This document shows positions 32,839 to 40,884 of a stretch of 64,000 bases of DNA, piece by piece. This stretch comes from Planctomycetota bacterium (lineage in GTDB: Bacteria > Planctomycetota > GCA-002687715 > DRQF01). The translations under genes and the position numbers were made by a program. Position 1 is the first letter of the stretch. Each line of letters starts with the position of its first letter. The notes under the pieces are model-generated. The model made no database searches and was not told the DNA's origin. It saw nothing but the letters and a program-made list of their open reading frames with translations. The DNA is taken from contig JACKGY010000008.1 in the NCBI GenBank assembly GCA_020639295.1, forward strand, positions 66,740 through 130,739. Direction: 5' to 3'.

Positions 32839-33606
32839 TCAGTCGCGATAGAGCAGGATCTCGACCCGACGGTTGCGGGCGAAGGCCTTCTCGTCGTTGC
32901 CGCTCACCACCGGCCGGTGCTCGCCGTAGCCCACGACGCGCATCCGCTTGTCGCTGATCTTGCGCTCGTTCTTCAGGTAGTCGTGAACACTCATGGCCCG
33001 CGCCAGGGAGAGAGCCAGATTGCTGCCCCAGACGTCCTTGGTCTTGCCCAGGGGGCGGGCGTCGCTGTGGCCCTCGATCGAGAGCAGGGTCCGGGCGTCG
33101 CCCTGGACGGCCCTGGCGATGCGGTCGAGCATGCTCCGCCCCTCGGCGGTGAGGGTGTCCTTCGCGGTCTCGAACATGACCGAACCGGACAGGCGCAGGA
33201 GGACCGAACCGTCGTCCTGGGGCAGGACCTCGACGTTCTTCATCCCCTGGAAGCCCTCCGGGTTCACCACCGCCACCGGCTTCTCGGCCTCGCGGGCGGC
33301 ACCCGCGGCGAGCTCGCCACGCAGGCGATCGTTCTCGGCGCGGAGGTTGGCCACGTCGCCACGCAGGCTGCCGAGCTCGTTCTCGAGCTGATTGGCCTCG
33401 TGCTTCTTGGCGTCGAGTTCGCGGCTGAGCGCGTTCTCGACCGAGTTCTTGTCCTGCAGCTGATCGCGCAGGTTCGAGTTGTCGGACTCCAGTTCGATGG
33501 CCCGCCGCTCGAGGGGGGTCTCGTCCTGGTTGCTCGCGCAACCGGCGCCCAGCGCGACGACGGTCGCGAGTCCGCACAGAGCCATCTTCCTGATCAGTTT
33601 CACCAT
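32839..33606 (-). CDS. OmpA/MotB-family peptidoglycan-binding lipoprotein with a coiled-coil linker
   Basis: Lipobox ALGAGC. Coiled coil LESDNSNLRDQLQDKNSVENALSRELDAKKHEANQLENELGSLRGDVANLRAENDRLRGEL. The OmpA_C motifs are LSIEGHSDARP, NLALSLARAMSV and NRRVEILL. The start is taken as the second ATG, 9 nt after GGGAGGG. The first ATG at 33615 abuts the RBS. Confidence 0.85.
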   Translation of the reverse strand: MVKLIRKMALCGLATVVALGAGCASNQDETPLERRAIELESDNSNLRDQLQDKNSVENALSRELDAKKHEANQLENELGSLRGDVANLRAENDRLRGELAAGAAREAEKPVAVVNPEGFQGMKNVEVLPQDDGSVLLRLSGSVMFETAKDTLTAEGRSMLDRIARAVQGDARTLLSIEGHSDARPLGKTKDVWGSNLALSLARAMSVHDYLKNERKISDKRMRVVGYGEHRPVVSGNDEKAFARNRRVEILLYRD

Positions 33607-33640
33607 GGTCACCATCCCTCCCTGGTTGCCTGACCCGACC

Positions 33641-34519
33641 TCAACGGGGCGCGAGCCAGGTCATCACGAGTTTCCAGATCGCCTCGCCCCGGAGCATGAC
33701 CACCATCATGCCGAAGGCGAGAAATGGTCCGAAAGGCACGTAACGGTCCTTCCGGATCGCCATCACCACCAAGCCGATCAGGCTTCCGACGAAGGAGGCC
33801 ACGACCAGCACCAGCAAGAACCAGGGCCCCAGCAGCCCTCCCATGCCGGCGAAGAGCTTGACGTCTCCGAGTCCCATCGCCGGTTTCCGGAAGGCCTTGC
33901 TGCCGAGCCATCCGATCGACCAGAGGAAACCCGAGGCCGCCGCCGCCGAGACGACGCCGTTCGCCAGCGCGTTCAGGTTGGCGCTCCACTCCCCCATGGC
34001 GAAGGGTCGCCAGAAGGAGCTCGGCACTGCCGCCGGAACGAGGAAGGCGAGAGCCGGGGCCAGGACGATCGCCGGCTTGGTGATGGCATCCGGCAGGATG
34101 CGATGATCGATGTCGATCACGCTCAGCGCGATCAGGGTCGAGGCCACGAGGGCGTGGACCGCGAAGACGCGCCAGGCGGGATCGGTCAGATCGAACCAGG
34201 CGATTCGATCGGCATCGAGGTCGATCCCGAGCAGGGCCAGGAACACCAGGCCGGTGAACAGTTCGATCAAGGGATAGCGCATCGAGATGCGCTTCCCGCA
34301 ATTGAAACAGCGCCCGCGCAGCAGGACGACGTAGCTCAAGAGCGGGATGTTGTCGAACCAGCGCAGTTGTACCGAGCAGCGGGGACAGCGCGAGCGTGTC
34401 TGCTTCCATACGGAGAGGCACTCGCGAGGCAGACGGTAGATGACGACGTTGAGGAAGCTGCCGATGAAGAGGCCGAGGATCGCCACGACGAACCAGACCA
34501 TGTAGCTGACGACGTCCAT
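33641..34519 (-). CDS. pilD: Prepilin peptidase / N-methyltransferase PilD (peptidase A24)
   Basis: GLFIGSFLNVVIYRLP, zinc-ribbon-like CPRCSVQLRWFDNIPLLSYVVLLRGRCFNCGKRI, and GLGDVKLFAGMG with the catalytic Asp. Confidence 0.92.
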   Translation of the reverse strand: MDVVSYMVWFVVAILGLFIGSFLNVVIYRLPRECLSVWKQTRSRCPRCSVQLRWFDNIPLLSYVVLLRGRCFNCGKRISMRYPLIELFTGLVFLALLGIDLDADRIAWFDLTDPAWRVFAVHALVASTLIALSVIDIDHRILPDAITKPAIVLAPALAFLVPAAVPSSFWRPFAMGEWSANLNALANGVVSAAAASGFLWSIGWLGSKAFRKPAMGLGDVKLFAGMGGLLGPWFLLVLVVASFVGSLIGLVVMAIRKDRYVPFGPFLAFGMMVVMLRGEAIWKLVMTWLAPR

Positions 34520-34626
34520 GTCCGGTGCGCTGCGCCCCCTCAGTCCTGCTCGCCGCCGTCCGCAACCTGCCCCGCGGCGGCGGTATTGTCACCTGAAGGG
34601 GGGGCAGCCCGGACCGACGGCACCCT

Positions 34627-34825
34627 CGGAGCGCCGGTTGTTCGGAGCGCCGGCCGCCTAGCCGGCAGGACCGCCGGCCGCCGGCCGGCCTGGATGTCGT
34701 CGGGAGCATGCGAACTTCGGCTGCGCAGCAGGCGCTGCGCGGTCCAACCCATGCGCAGCAGGCGCTGCGCGGTCCGCTCCGGAGCGCCGGCTGCCCAGCC
34801 GGCAGGTCCGCCGGCCGCTGGCCGG
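34627..34825. repeat. REP-like intergenic palindromic repeat cluster (locus A)
   Basis: Unit X, TGCGCAGCAGGCGCTGCGCGGTCC, with an internal 7-bp hairpin gcgcagc/gctgcgc, occurs at 34722-34745 and 34752-34775. Unit Y, CGGAGCGCCGGC..AGCCGGCAGG.CCGCCGGCCGC, occurs at 34643-34688 and 34779-34825. Unit Y recurs inverted at 60972-61017. Confidence 0.8.
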
Positions 34826-34881
34826 CTTTCGGCGCCCCGGCGGCGACGCTCCGGCGGTGTGTCCGACCGCCGATATGAAAT

Positions 34882-34917
34882 GAGAAGGCCCGGTCCCCAG
34901 GGGAACCGGGCCTTCTC
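34882..34917. terminator. Hairpin terminator of the 34938..37313 lipoprotein gene
   Basis: 13-bp perfect stem gagaaggcccggt / accgggccttctc, 20 nt after the stop on the minus strand, followed there by ATTTCATAT. Confidence 0.65.
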
Positions 34918-34937
34918 GATTGCTCAGGAACTTCGGT

Positions 34938-37313
34938 TCAGAAGGTCAGACCGAAGATCATCGAGTCGAAGTAGGGCACCGTGTTGGTGAGCAGGTCCGC
35001 CTCGAAGGCCACCTCGAACTTGAAGAAGGCCCGACCCACGCCACCGAGCGCCGCCAGCGACGCGAGGTTCAGGTTGCCGTTCAGGTCGAAGTAGGTCTGG
35101 AAGGCGGTCGCGCCGGCACCGGCGGCACTCGTCGCCGAACGCAGCTTGAGCTCGATGCGGGTGTTGGCCGGGCGCGCGGCGAGCGCCGGCTGGACCGTGA
35201 TCGAGTTGTAGCCGATGTTCGAGGTCGCGGGCGCACCACTGTTGTAGTAGTTGCTCTGCGCCGACGAGTTCTTCTTCGCGATGGTCATGCGGGTGTGGTA
35301 CTTCACCGAGTCGAGCGCGACGGCGGTGTTGACGCCCGGCTTGCCGATGGCCCGACGGAAGGGCTGCGGCGAGGTCTCGTTGGTGCCGATGACGACGTTC
35401 ACCATCATGTTCTGGGTGATGTGCGGCGCCGGGACCATGTGCTCGACGATGATGTTCGGGTTCACCGTCTGACCGACGGAGTTCGCCCCGGTCCGGGTGT
35501 CGTCGAGGTCGAAGGGAATGGTCAGCCTCGGGAAGGGAATGAACACGCCCGAGAGCTGGGTCACCGTGTAGGGCGCCGGACCGTAGCAGAGGATCGGCGA
35601 CTTGTTCGGGGGGCTCACGCCGTCCGGATGGGTCAGCGGGAGGATCCAGTTGTTCTGCGGGTTCACGAAGTCCCAATTGGTCGGGTAGATGACCGTCATC
35701 TGGGCGTTGTTGCCACCCGTGAGGTCACCGTTGCCGGTGTGGCCCACGTTCATGGTGTAGCCGTTGTAGGTGACCGGCGCGGCGGTCTGGGCGGGCGGCG
35801 ACCACTCGACCAGTTCCAGCGCGTTGGGCGCGTTGTTCGGCAGCTCGGTGCCGTTGGTCAGATAGAGGAGCTGGACCCGGCTGCCACCGTTCGGGTTAAT
35901 GCCGTTGTTGATCGTGTTGTCGTCGAAGGGCGACGAGTAGGTACACAGCGGCGTCGTGCAGTTCGGGTTGAGGTTGTTCGCCGTTCCCGGCGGCTGGAAG
36001 GTGAACTGGACGCGCGCGCCGGGGCCGGTGCCCAGATTCGTCTGCAGCGGCTCGCCGTTGATCGCGAAGCCACGGAGCTGCTCCACCCCGTTGGCGAACC
36101 ACTCGGCCGCGTTGTAGACCGGCGCGAAGGTGGTGTTCTGGTTGGCCGTGCTGTCGAAGTTCTCGATGATCGAGATCGGAGTCGGCTCACCGGCCTGGAA
36201 GATCGTGGTGAAGGTCACCTGGGCGACGATGCCGGGCAGACCGGACAGGGCCTTCTGCGTGGCCGCGGCGCCCGAGGGCAGGCCGCGGATGTTCATCGCG
36301 TCCTCGGTCGGGATGGTCTCGTCGAACTTGATCACCTGGACGACGATGTGGAAGGGACCGGCACCGAAGTTCGGCTGCGGCACGAAACGCAGCTCGCGCA
36401 GGGCCGAGTCGATGGTGTAGCTCACCGGCACCAGCACGCCGTTGGGCTGCTGGCTGTTGGCGATGTCGACGTTGCGGATGATCAGGTTGGTCTGCAGGTC
36501 GATCGTCGACAGGTCGATCGACTCGGTGAAGCGGACGACGATCGTGTCGTCGTAGGGAATCGGGTCGAAACCGGCGACGCCGCTGATCAGCTCGGTGTTC
36601 TCGGTGGTGATGGTCATCACCGCCGGAGCCGGACGGTCGAGGAAACCGGCACCGGCCTGGAACAGGGTCGAGATCGACTGCGAGACGTCGAAGGCGGGAA
36701 CGGTGACCGGCGGCGGCGAACCGAAGGACGGCATCATGATGCCGCCGATGGTGAGGCCGGAGTTGGCCGGAATGTAGACATCGTACTGGATGCCGGAGTC
36801 GAAGCCCTGGCTCATGGTGACGCCGAAGAGCGCCGACAGCGAGGCGTTCACCGCGGGATCGAAGACCAGGACCCGCGGATCGTCGACGCTCCGACCGACG
36901 ATGCCCGGGAAGGTCCCGGTGACCGCGCCGGTGTTGTCGAGGATCTGCAGCGCCTGCCGCGCCGCGGCCTGATTGGCGTAGGCGTAGTAGGGAACGGCGA
37001 CCGTGGTGCCGTTCACCAGGCGACCGCCCTGGAAAGCGGTCGGCGCGGTCTGCCCGGCCTCGACGTAGTAGCCGCCGAAGATGCCGTCGTCGATGGCTCC
37101 CTGGAAGGTGATCTGCAGGACCTCGTCGCGGATGACGGGCGGCAGGCCGCCGCCGGCGAAGCTCGGGTATCCCTGGAACGAGGTGTTGATGACCGTCGCG
37201 GCACTGGTGGCGTTCTTGTCGCCGCCACCGCCGCCACAGGCGACGAAGACGGTACTGGCCAAGGCCACGACGACGGTGGCCAGGACGGACGTGCGCAATC
37301 TCGAGCGCGGCAT
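34938..37313 (-). CDS. Large lipoprotein with Ig-like (SbsA/Big_5-type) segments; function unknown
   Basis: GGAGGA lies 9 nt before ATG 37313; an alternative ATG is at 37322. Lipobox ASTVFVAC is followed by GGGGG. Segments such as DDTIVVRFTESIDLSTIDLQTNLIIRNVD match the Ig-like SbsA pattern. The C-terminus is ...FDSMIFGLTF. Confidence 0.7.
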   Translation of the reverse strand: MPRSRLRTSVLATVVVALASTVFVACGGGGGDKNATSAATVINTSFQGYPSFAGGGLPPVIRDEVLQITFQGAIDDGIFGGYYVEAGQTAPTAFQGGRLVNGTTVAVPYYAYANQAAARQALQILDNTGAVTGTFPGIVGRSVDDPRVLVFDPAVNASLSALFGVTMSQGFDSGIQYDVYIPANSGLTIGGIMMPSFGSPPPVTVPAFDVSQSISTLFQAGAGFLDRPAPAVMTITTENTELISGVAGFDPIPYDDTIVVRFTESIDLSTIDLQTNLIIRNVDIANSQQPNGVLVPVSYTIDSALRELRFVPQPNFGAGPFHIVVQVIKFDETIPTEDAMNIRGLPSGAAATQKALSGLPGIVAQVTFTTIFQAGEPTPISIIENFDSTANQNTTFAPVYNAAEWFANGVEQLRGFAINGEPLQTNLGTGPGARVQFTFQPPGTANNLNPNCTTPLCTYSSPFDDNTINNGINPNGGSRVQLLYLTNGTELPNNAPNALELVEWSPPAQTAAPVTYNGYTMNVGHTGNGDLTGGNNAQMTVIYPTNWDFVNPQNNWILPLTHPDGVSPPNKSPILCYGPAPYTVTQLSGVFIPFPRLTIPFDLDDTRTGANSVGQTVNPNIIVEHMVPAPHITQNMMVNVVIGTNETSPQPFRRAIGKPGVNTAVALDSVKYHTRMTIAKKNSSAQSNYYNSGAPATSNIGYNSITVQPALAARPANTRIELKLRSATSAAGAGATAFQTYFDLNGNLNLASLAALGGVGRAFFKFEVAFEADLLTNTVPYFDSMIFGLTF

Positions 37314-37739
37314 AGAGTTCATTCCTCCGAAGCTGGGAGCGTCTGACGCTCCCGTCATTCCCCTGCTACCCGAACGGCGCGCGAGCTCCGCGGGCAAGAC
37401 CGGAACATAGTATGGATTGAGGCGACTTTTCTCCACTCTTCCCCGAGGGGAAATGTCGGCTGTCGCGGTTCTCATGAGCAAGTTCAAGAGCCCCTCCCTG
37501 AAGTACTTAGCAACCTCGTTCCTCGCCTGGGCGAGGTTCCGGCCCCGACCACCGGGGTCGAGGATGAAAGGCGCCGGGCTCGCGGCTCCCTGAAGAGGCA
37601 CAAAGGGCGTGCCAAACGGCAGGACGGGCTCGAAAGGGCCGATCGGAGGCCGAGCAGGGCCTTTCCGGGGCGATCGGCGCCTCCCCGGGGACCAGTGCCC
37701 ATCGGCCCCTTTCGAGCGCAATCGCTCGCAGCTCCGGAC

Positions 37740-38909
37740 TCAGCGGAGATCGTGGTCGCAGAAGGCGCAGCGGTCGCGACCGTCCGCGCTGGTCCAGGCC
37801 AGGGCCTCCTGGTAGCTGGCGGTGGCCAGGACGCAGGCCGGATTGGCGCAGCGGCGGCCGCTCCAGAGGCGTTCCTCGCGCGGCACCGGAGCCTCCACCC
37901 TCATGGCCTCGCGCCCGAGCAGGAAGGAGATCAGGGCCATCCGGACCGGCACGCCCAGCGCCGCCTGCTGGAAGTAGTAGCCCCGAGGGTCCCGGTCGAC
38001 CGCCGGGTCGATCTCGCTGACTCGCGGCAGCGGATGCAGCACGATGGCCTCGCCGAAGGCCCGGTGCTCGAGGAAGCGGACGTCGACCGGCGGCAGCGAA
38101 CTGCCCTTCTTGCCATCCTCGAGCCCGAGCCTCTCCTTCTGAAGGCGGGTCACGTAGATCGCGTCGCAATCGACCCGATCGAGATGGAGACGGCCTTGCG
38201 AATGGGCCCAGGCGTCGGGGTCGCGGCTGAACAGGAGCCCACGCCGACCACCCGGACCGAAGACCGTGTCCGCGCCGGCCAGTTCGACCTCGGTCTCGCT
38301 GACTCCCGGGATCGCGGCGCAGCGCTCCCGGACGTAGCCGGGCATCTCGAGTCCCGGCTCCGCGATGCAGAGCACGTCGGAGCCGAAGCGGCCCAGGGCC
38401 AGGGCGAGCGAATGGGTGGTGCGACCGTACTTGAGGTCGCCGTAGAGGATCACCCGCAGGCCGTTCATCCGGCCCTTGGTGCTGCGCAGCGCGTAGAGGT
38501 CGCAGAGCGTCTGCGTCGGGTGTTCGTGGCCACCGTCGCCGGCGTTGATCACCGGGATCGGCGCATAGGCCGCCGCCAGCCGGGCGGCACCGGCCTGCGT
38601 GTGCCGCAGCACCAGGATGTCGGTGTAGGAGCTGACGATCCGCACGCTGTCGGCGAGGGTCTCACCCTTCGCGATCGACGAGGCGCCGGCGTCGCTGATG
38701 GTGATGACCCGACCGCCGAGCCGGTTCATGGCGGCCTCGAAGCTCAGCCTGGTCCGGGTGCTCGGTTCGAGGAAGAGCGAGCCCATGATGTGACCGGCGA
38801 GGACGCCGTGGCACTGCCGGAGCAGGCTCTGCATCTTGTCGGCGATCACGAAGAGGACTTCGATCTCGTCGTTGGAGAAGTCCTCGATGGAGACGAAGTC
38901 GCGTTTCAA
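37740..38909 (-). CDS. pyrB: Aspartate carbamoyltransferase catalytic chain with a C-terminal PyrI-type zinc-domain extension
   Basis: STRTR, HPTQ and HPLPR motifs are present. The protein is 389 aa versus about 310 aa for typical PyrB. The tail RCANPACV-x-CAFCDH has C-x4-C-x21-C-x2-C spacing. A TTG start at 38909 lies 8 nt after GGAGG. Confidence 0.88.
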   Translation of the reverse strand: MKRDFVSIEDFSNDEIEVLFVIADKMQSLLRQCHGVLAGHIMGSLFLEPSTRTRLSFEAAMNRLGGRVITISDAGASSIAKGETLADSVRIVSSYTDILVLRHTQAGAARLAAAYAPIPVINAGDGGHEHPTQTLCDLYALRSTKGRMNGLRVILYGDLKYGRTTHSLALALGRFGSDVLCIAEPGLEMPGYVRERCAAIPGVSETEVELAGADTVFGPGGRRGLLFSRDPDAWAHSQGRLHLDRVDCDAIYVTRLQKERLGLEDGKKGSSLPPVDVRFLEHRAFGEAIVLHPLPRVSEIDPAVDRDPRGYYFQQAALGVPVRMALISFLLGREAMRVEAPVPREERLWSGRRCANPACVLATASYQEALAWTSADGRDRCAFCDHDLR

Positions 38910-38985
38910 GCAGTCGGCCTCCGGTCGCGATGTACGAGCCGAGCTTAGCAGGGGGAAGGGACCGCGAAAGACCCCGCGCCCGAGC

Positions 38986-40104
38986 TCAGTCGCAGAGTCG
39001 ACGGAGACGGGCGGCCGCCAGCAGCGGCTCGGTGAGCACCAGACGGAGCGCCTCGCGCAGGATGACCACCTGCTCGGGAAGGAAGGGACCGGGCAGGTCT
39101 TCGCCGCCCGGCGCGCCGAAGGCGCTGCGCGCGACGATTCGCCGCTGCAGGTCGCCGAGACCGAGGCCCGCGGTGGTGCTCAGGACGACCGGGGCCTCCC
39201 GGGAGGCGGCCAGCGCGACGCGGACCTCCTCGTCGACCTCGTCCGCGCGGCTGGCCACCGGAATGACCCTCAGGTCCGCCGAGCGTTCGGCCGCGCGCCG
39301 CGCCCAGTCCCGCGCCGGCTGGAGATCGAGCACGATGTCCGCCTGCGCCAGCCGACGATCACCCTCGGCCTGGCCGAGCAGTTCGATCGGATCGACGCTG
39401 GCCCGCTCGCCGGCGAGGTCCACGAGCCGGAAGGGAAAGCCGTCGAGTTCGACCGGCGCCTCGATCGCATCCCGGGTGGTGCCCGGCCGATCGCTGACGA
39501 TCACCCGATCACGGCCACAGAGGGCATTGAACAGACTGCTCTTGCCGGCGTTGACCGGACCACGCAGGCAGACCAGGGGCGGTCGACACATGGCCAGACC
39601 GTAGGGCGCGCGCTCGAGCAGGCTGGCGATCTCCTCGCGCAGGCGGCTGACCTGCTCGTCGGTCTCGGCCGCGTCGAGACCGTCGGCGATCTCGCGGAGA
39701 CGGAGGTCGAAGGCCCCCTCGGCCAGGCGGGCCAGGTGGACCACCTGCCGCCGGCCGCGGGCCGTCTCGAGCGCTCGCATCGCCGGGCCGCGGGTCCCCG
39801 GTCTCGCCTCCACGGGCTGCCCGGGCCGGAAGCCGGCGGCGACCAGCAGGGCCTCGAGCCGGCGGGCCACCGCCGGGCCGCCATGGATCGAGATCTCGCC
39901 CCGGTCCGGATGGCGGCGGTAGAGGACCTCGTCGACCAGCTCGTCACCGGCGACCAGACGGGCGAGAAGAAGCCCCTGGCCACCACCCCGCCGGTCCCGA
40001 AGGTGGCGTTCCTCGAAGGTGGCGAGGTCGGCCCCGCCCAGGGCGAAGACCTGGAGCCCGGCCGGTCCCTCGCCGGTCAGGCGCCGGTACCAGGAGGCGG
40101 TCAC
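38986..40104 (-). CDS. Divergent MnmE/TrmE-family GTPase-like protein
   Basis: The N-domain [28 protein letters not shown] is MnmE-like. The G domain has [14 protein letters not shown] and RPGTTRD. The G3 and G4 motifs are atypical (DLAG, SRAD). There is no C-terminal CIGK. The GTG start overlaps the coaX stop (GTGA). The track ORF extends to 40638, but that part overlaps coaX and is Arg/Pro-rich and not protein-like. Confidence 0.65.
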   Translation of the reverse strand: MTASWYRRLTGEGPAGLQVFALGGADLATFEERHLRDRRGGGQGLLLARLVAGDELVDEVLYRRHPDRGEISIHGGPAVARRLEALLVAAGFRPGQPVEARPGTRGPAMRALETARGRRQVVHLARLAEGAFDLRLREIADGLDAAETDEQVSRLREEIASLLERAPYGLAMCRPPLVCLRGPVNAGKSSLFNALCGRDRVIVSDRPGTTRDAIEAPVELDGFPFRLVDLAGERASVDPIELLGQAEGDRRLAQADIVLDLQPARDWARRAAERSADLRVIPVASRADEVDEEVRVALAASREAPVVLSTTAGLGLGDLQRRIVARSAFGAPGGEDLPGPFLPEQVVILREALRLVLTEPLLAAARLRRLCD

Positions 40105-40847
40105 GACCGCGGCTCCCCGGCCAGCAGCCAGAGTCCGATCGCCATCAGCGGGACGCTGCGGGCCCCGAGGGCACCGAGCATCTCGAGCGCGAGCTCGGCG
40201 TCGCCGCCGGTGACCAGGACCGGGGCCTCGACGACGACCGCCCGGGCACCGCCGACCAGCTGCCCGAGGGCGCCGAAGAAGGCGGCGCGCACGCCGAGGG
40301 CCAGAGCCTCGTCGCTGCTCCGTCCGGGGTAGTCGAAGGCCCGGGCCTCGACCTCGTGGAGCATCGCCCCTCCGACCGCGAGGGACCGGGCGAGGAGCCG
40401 GAATCCGGGCGCGATGGCGCCGCCGGCGAAGCGACCCTGACGATCGAGCAGGTCGACGGTGAGCGCGGTCCCGGCGTCGACCACGATGGCGGGCGCGCCG
40501 ACCAGGCGGCCGGCGGCCAGGGCGGCGAGCGGCCGGTCCGGCCCGAGCCGCGCGGGATCGGTGTAGGGGTTGGCGATGGGCAGCTCGGCCGCGCTCCAGA
40601 TCCGGGGCCGGTGGCCGGCGGCCTCGAGCTCGAGGCACAGCTTCTCGGCCTCGGCCGGTTTGACCGAGACGATCTCGATCTGCGCCTGATCGGGGAGGCC
40701 GGCAAGGGCCTCGCGATCGAAGGGCGAGCCGGGGATCTGCAGGGCCCGCCGCTCCAGCTCGACCGGATCGTCGGGCGGATCGTCGTCGGGCAGGCGGTGG
40801 AGCTTCGCCCGGGTGTTGCCGAGGTCGATGCCGAAGCGCGGGCTCAT
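40101..40847 (-). CDS. coaX: Type III pantothenate kinase (CoaX)
   Basis: N-terminal [23 protein letters not shown] and VLVTGGDAE motifs of the ASKHA-fold CoaX family. Length is 248 aa. Confidence 0.85.
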   Translation of the reverse strand: MSPRFGIDLGNTRAKLHRLPDDDPPDDPVELERRALQIPGSPFDREALAGLPDQAQIEIVSVKPAEAEKLCLELEAAGHRPRIWSAAELPIANPYTDPARLGPDRPLAALAAGRLVGAPAIVVDAGTALTVDLLDRQGRFAGGAIAPGFRLLARSLAVGGAMLHEVEARAFDYPGRSSDEALALGVRAAFFGALGQLVGGARAVVVEAPVLVTGGDAELALEMLGALGARSVPLMAIGLWLLAGEPRS

Positions 40848-40884
40848 CGGAGGGCGGCGGGACGGAAGGTCCCGCCCGATCGCT

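Noticed and set aside
32453-33633. ORFs 32453..33577 (minus) and 32695..33633 (plus), plus smaller ORFs in 32124-32957.
   Set aside because: They are Arg/Pro/Gly-dominated translations that overlap the well-supported OmpA-like gene or lie in the non-coding gap. None has an RBS or any motif.
34920-37346. An 808-aa plus-strand ORF antisense to the second lipoprotein gene.
   Set aside because: The translation is Arg/Gly/Asp/Val-rich and not protein-like. The minus-strand gene has an RBS, a lipobox, Ig-like segments and a terminator.
40105-40638. N-terminal 178 aa of the 550-aa track ORF 38986..40638.
   Set aside because: This part overlaps coaX in another frame and is an Arg/Pro/Gly-rich sequence. 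The MnmE-like similarity starts right after a GTG that overlaps the coaX stop.
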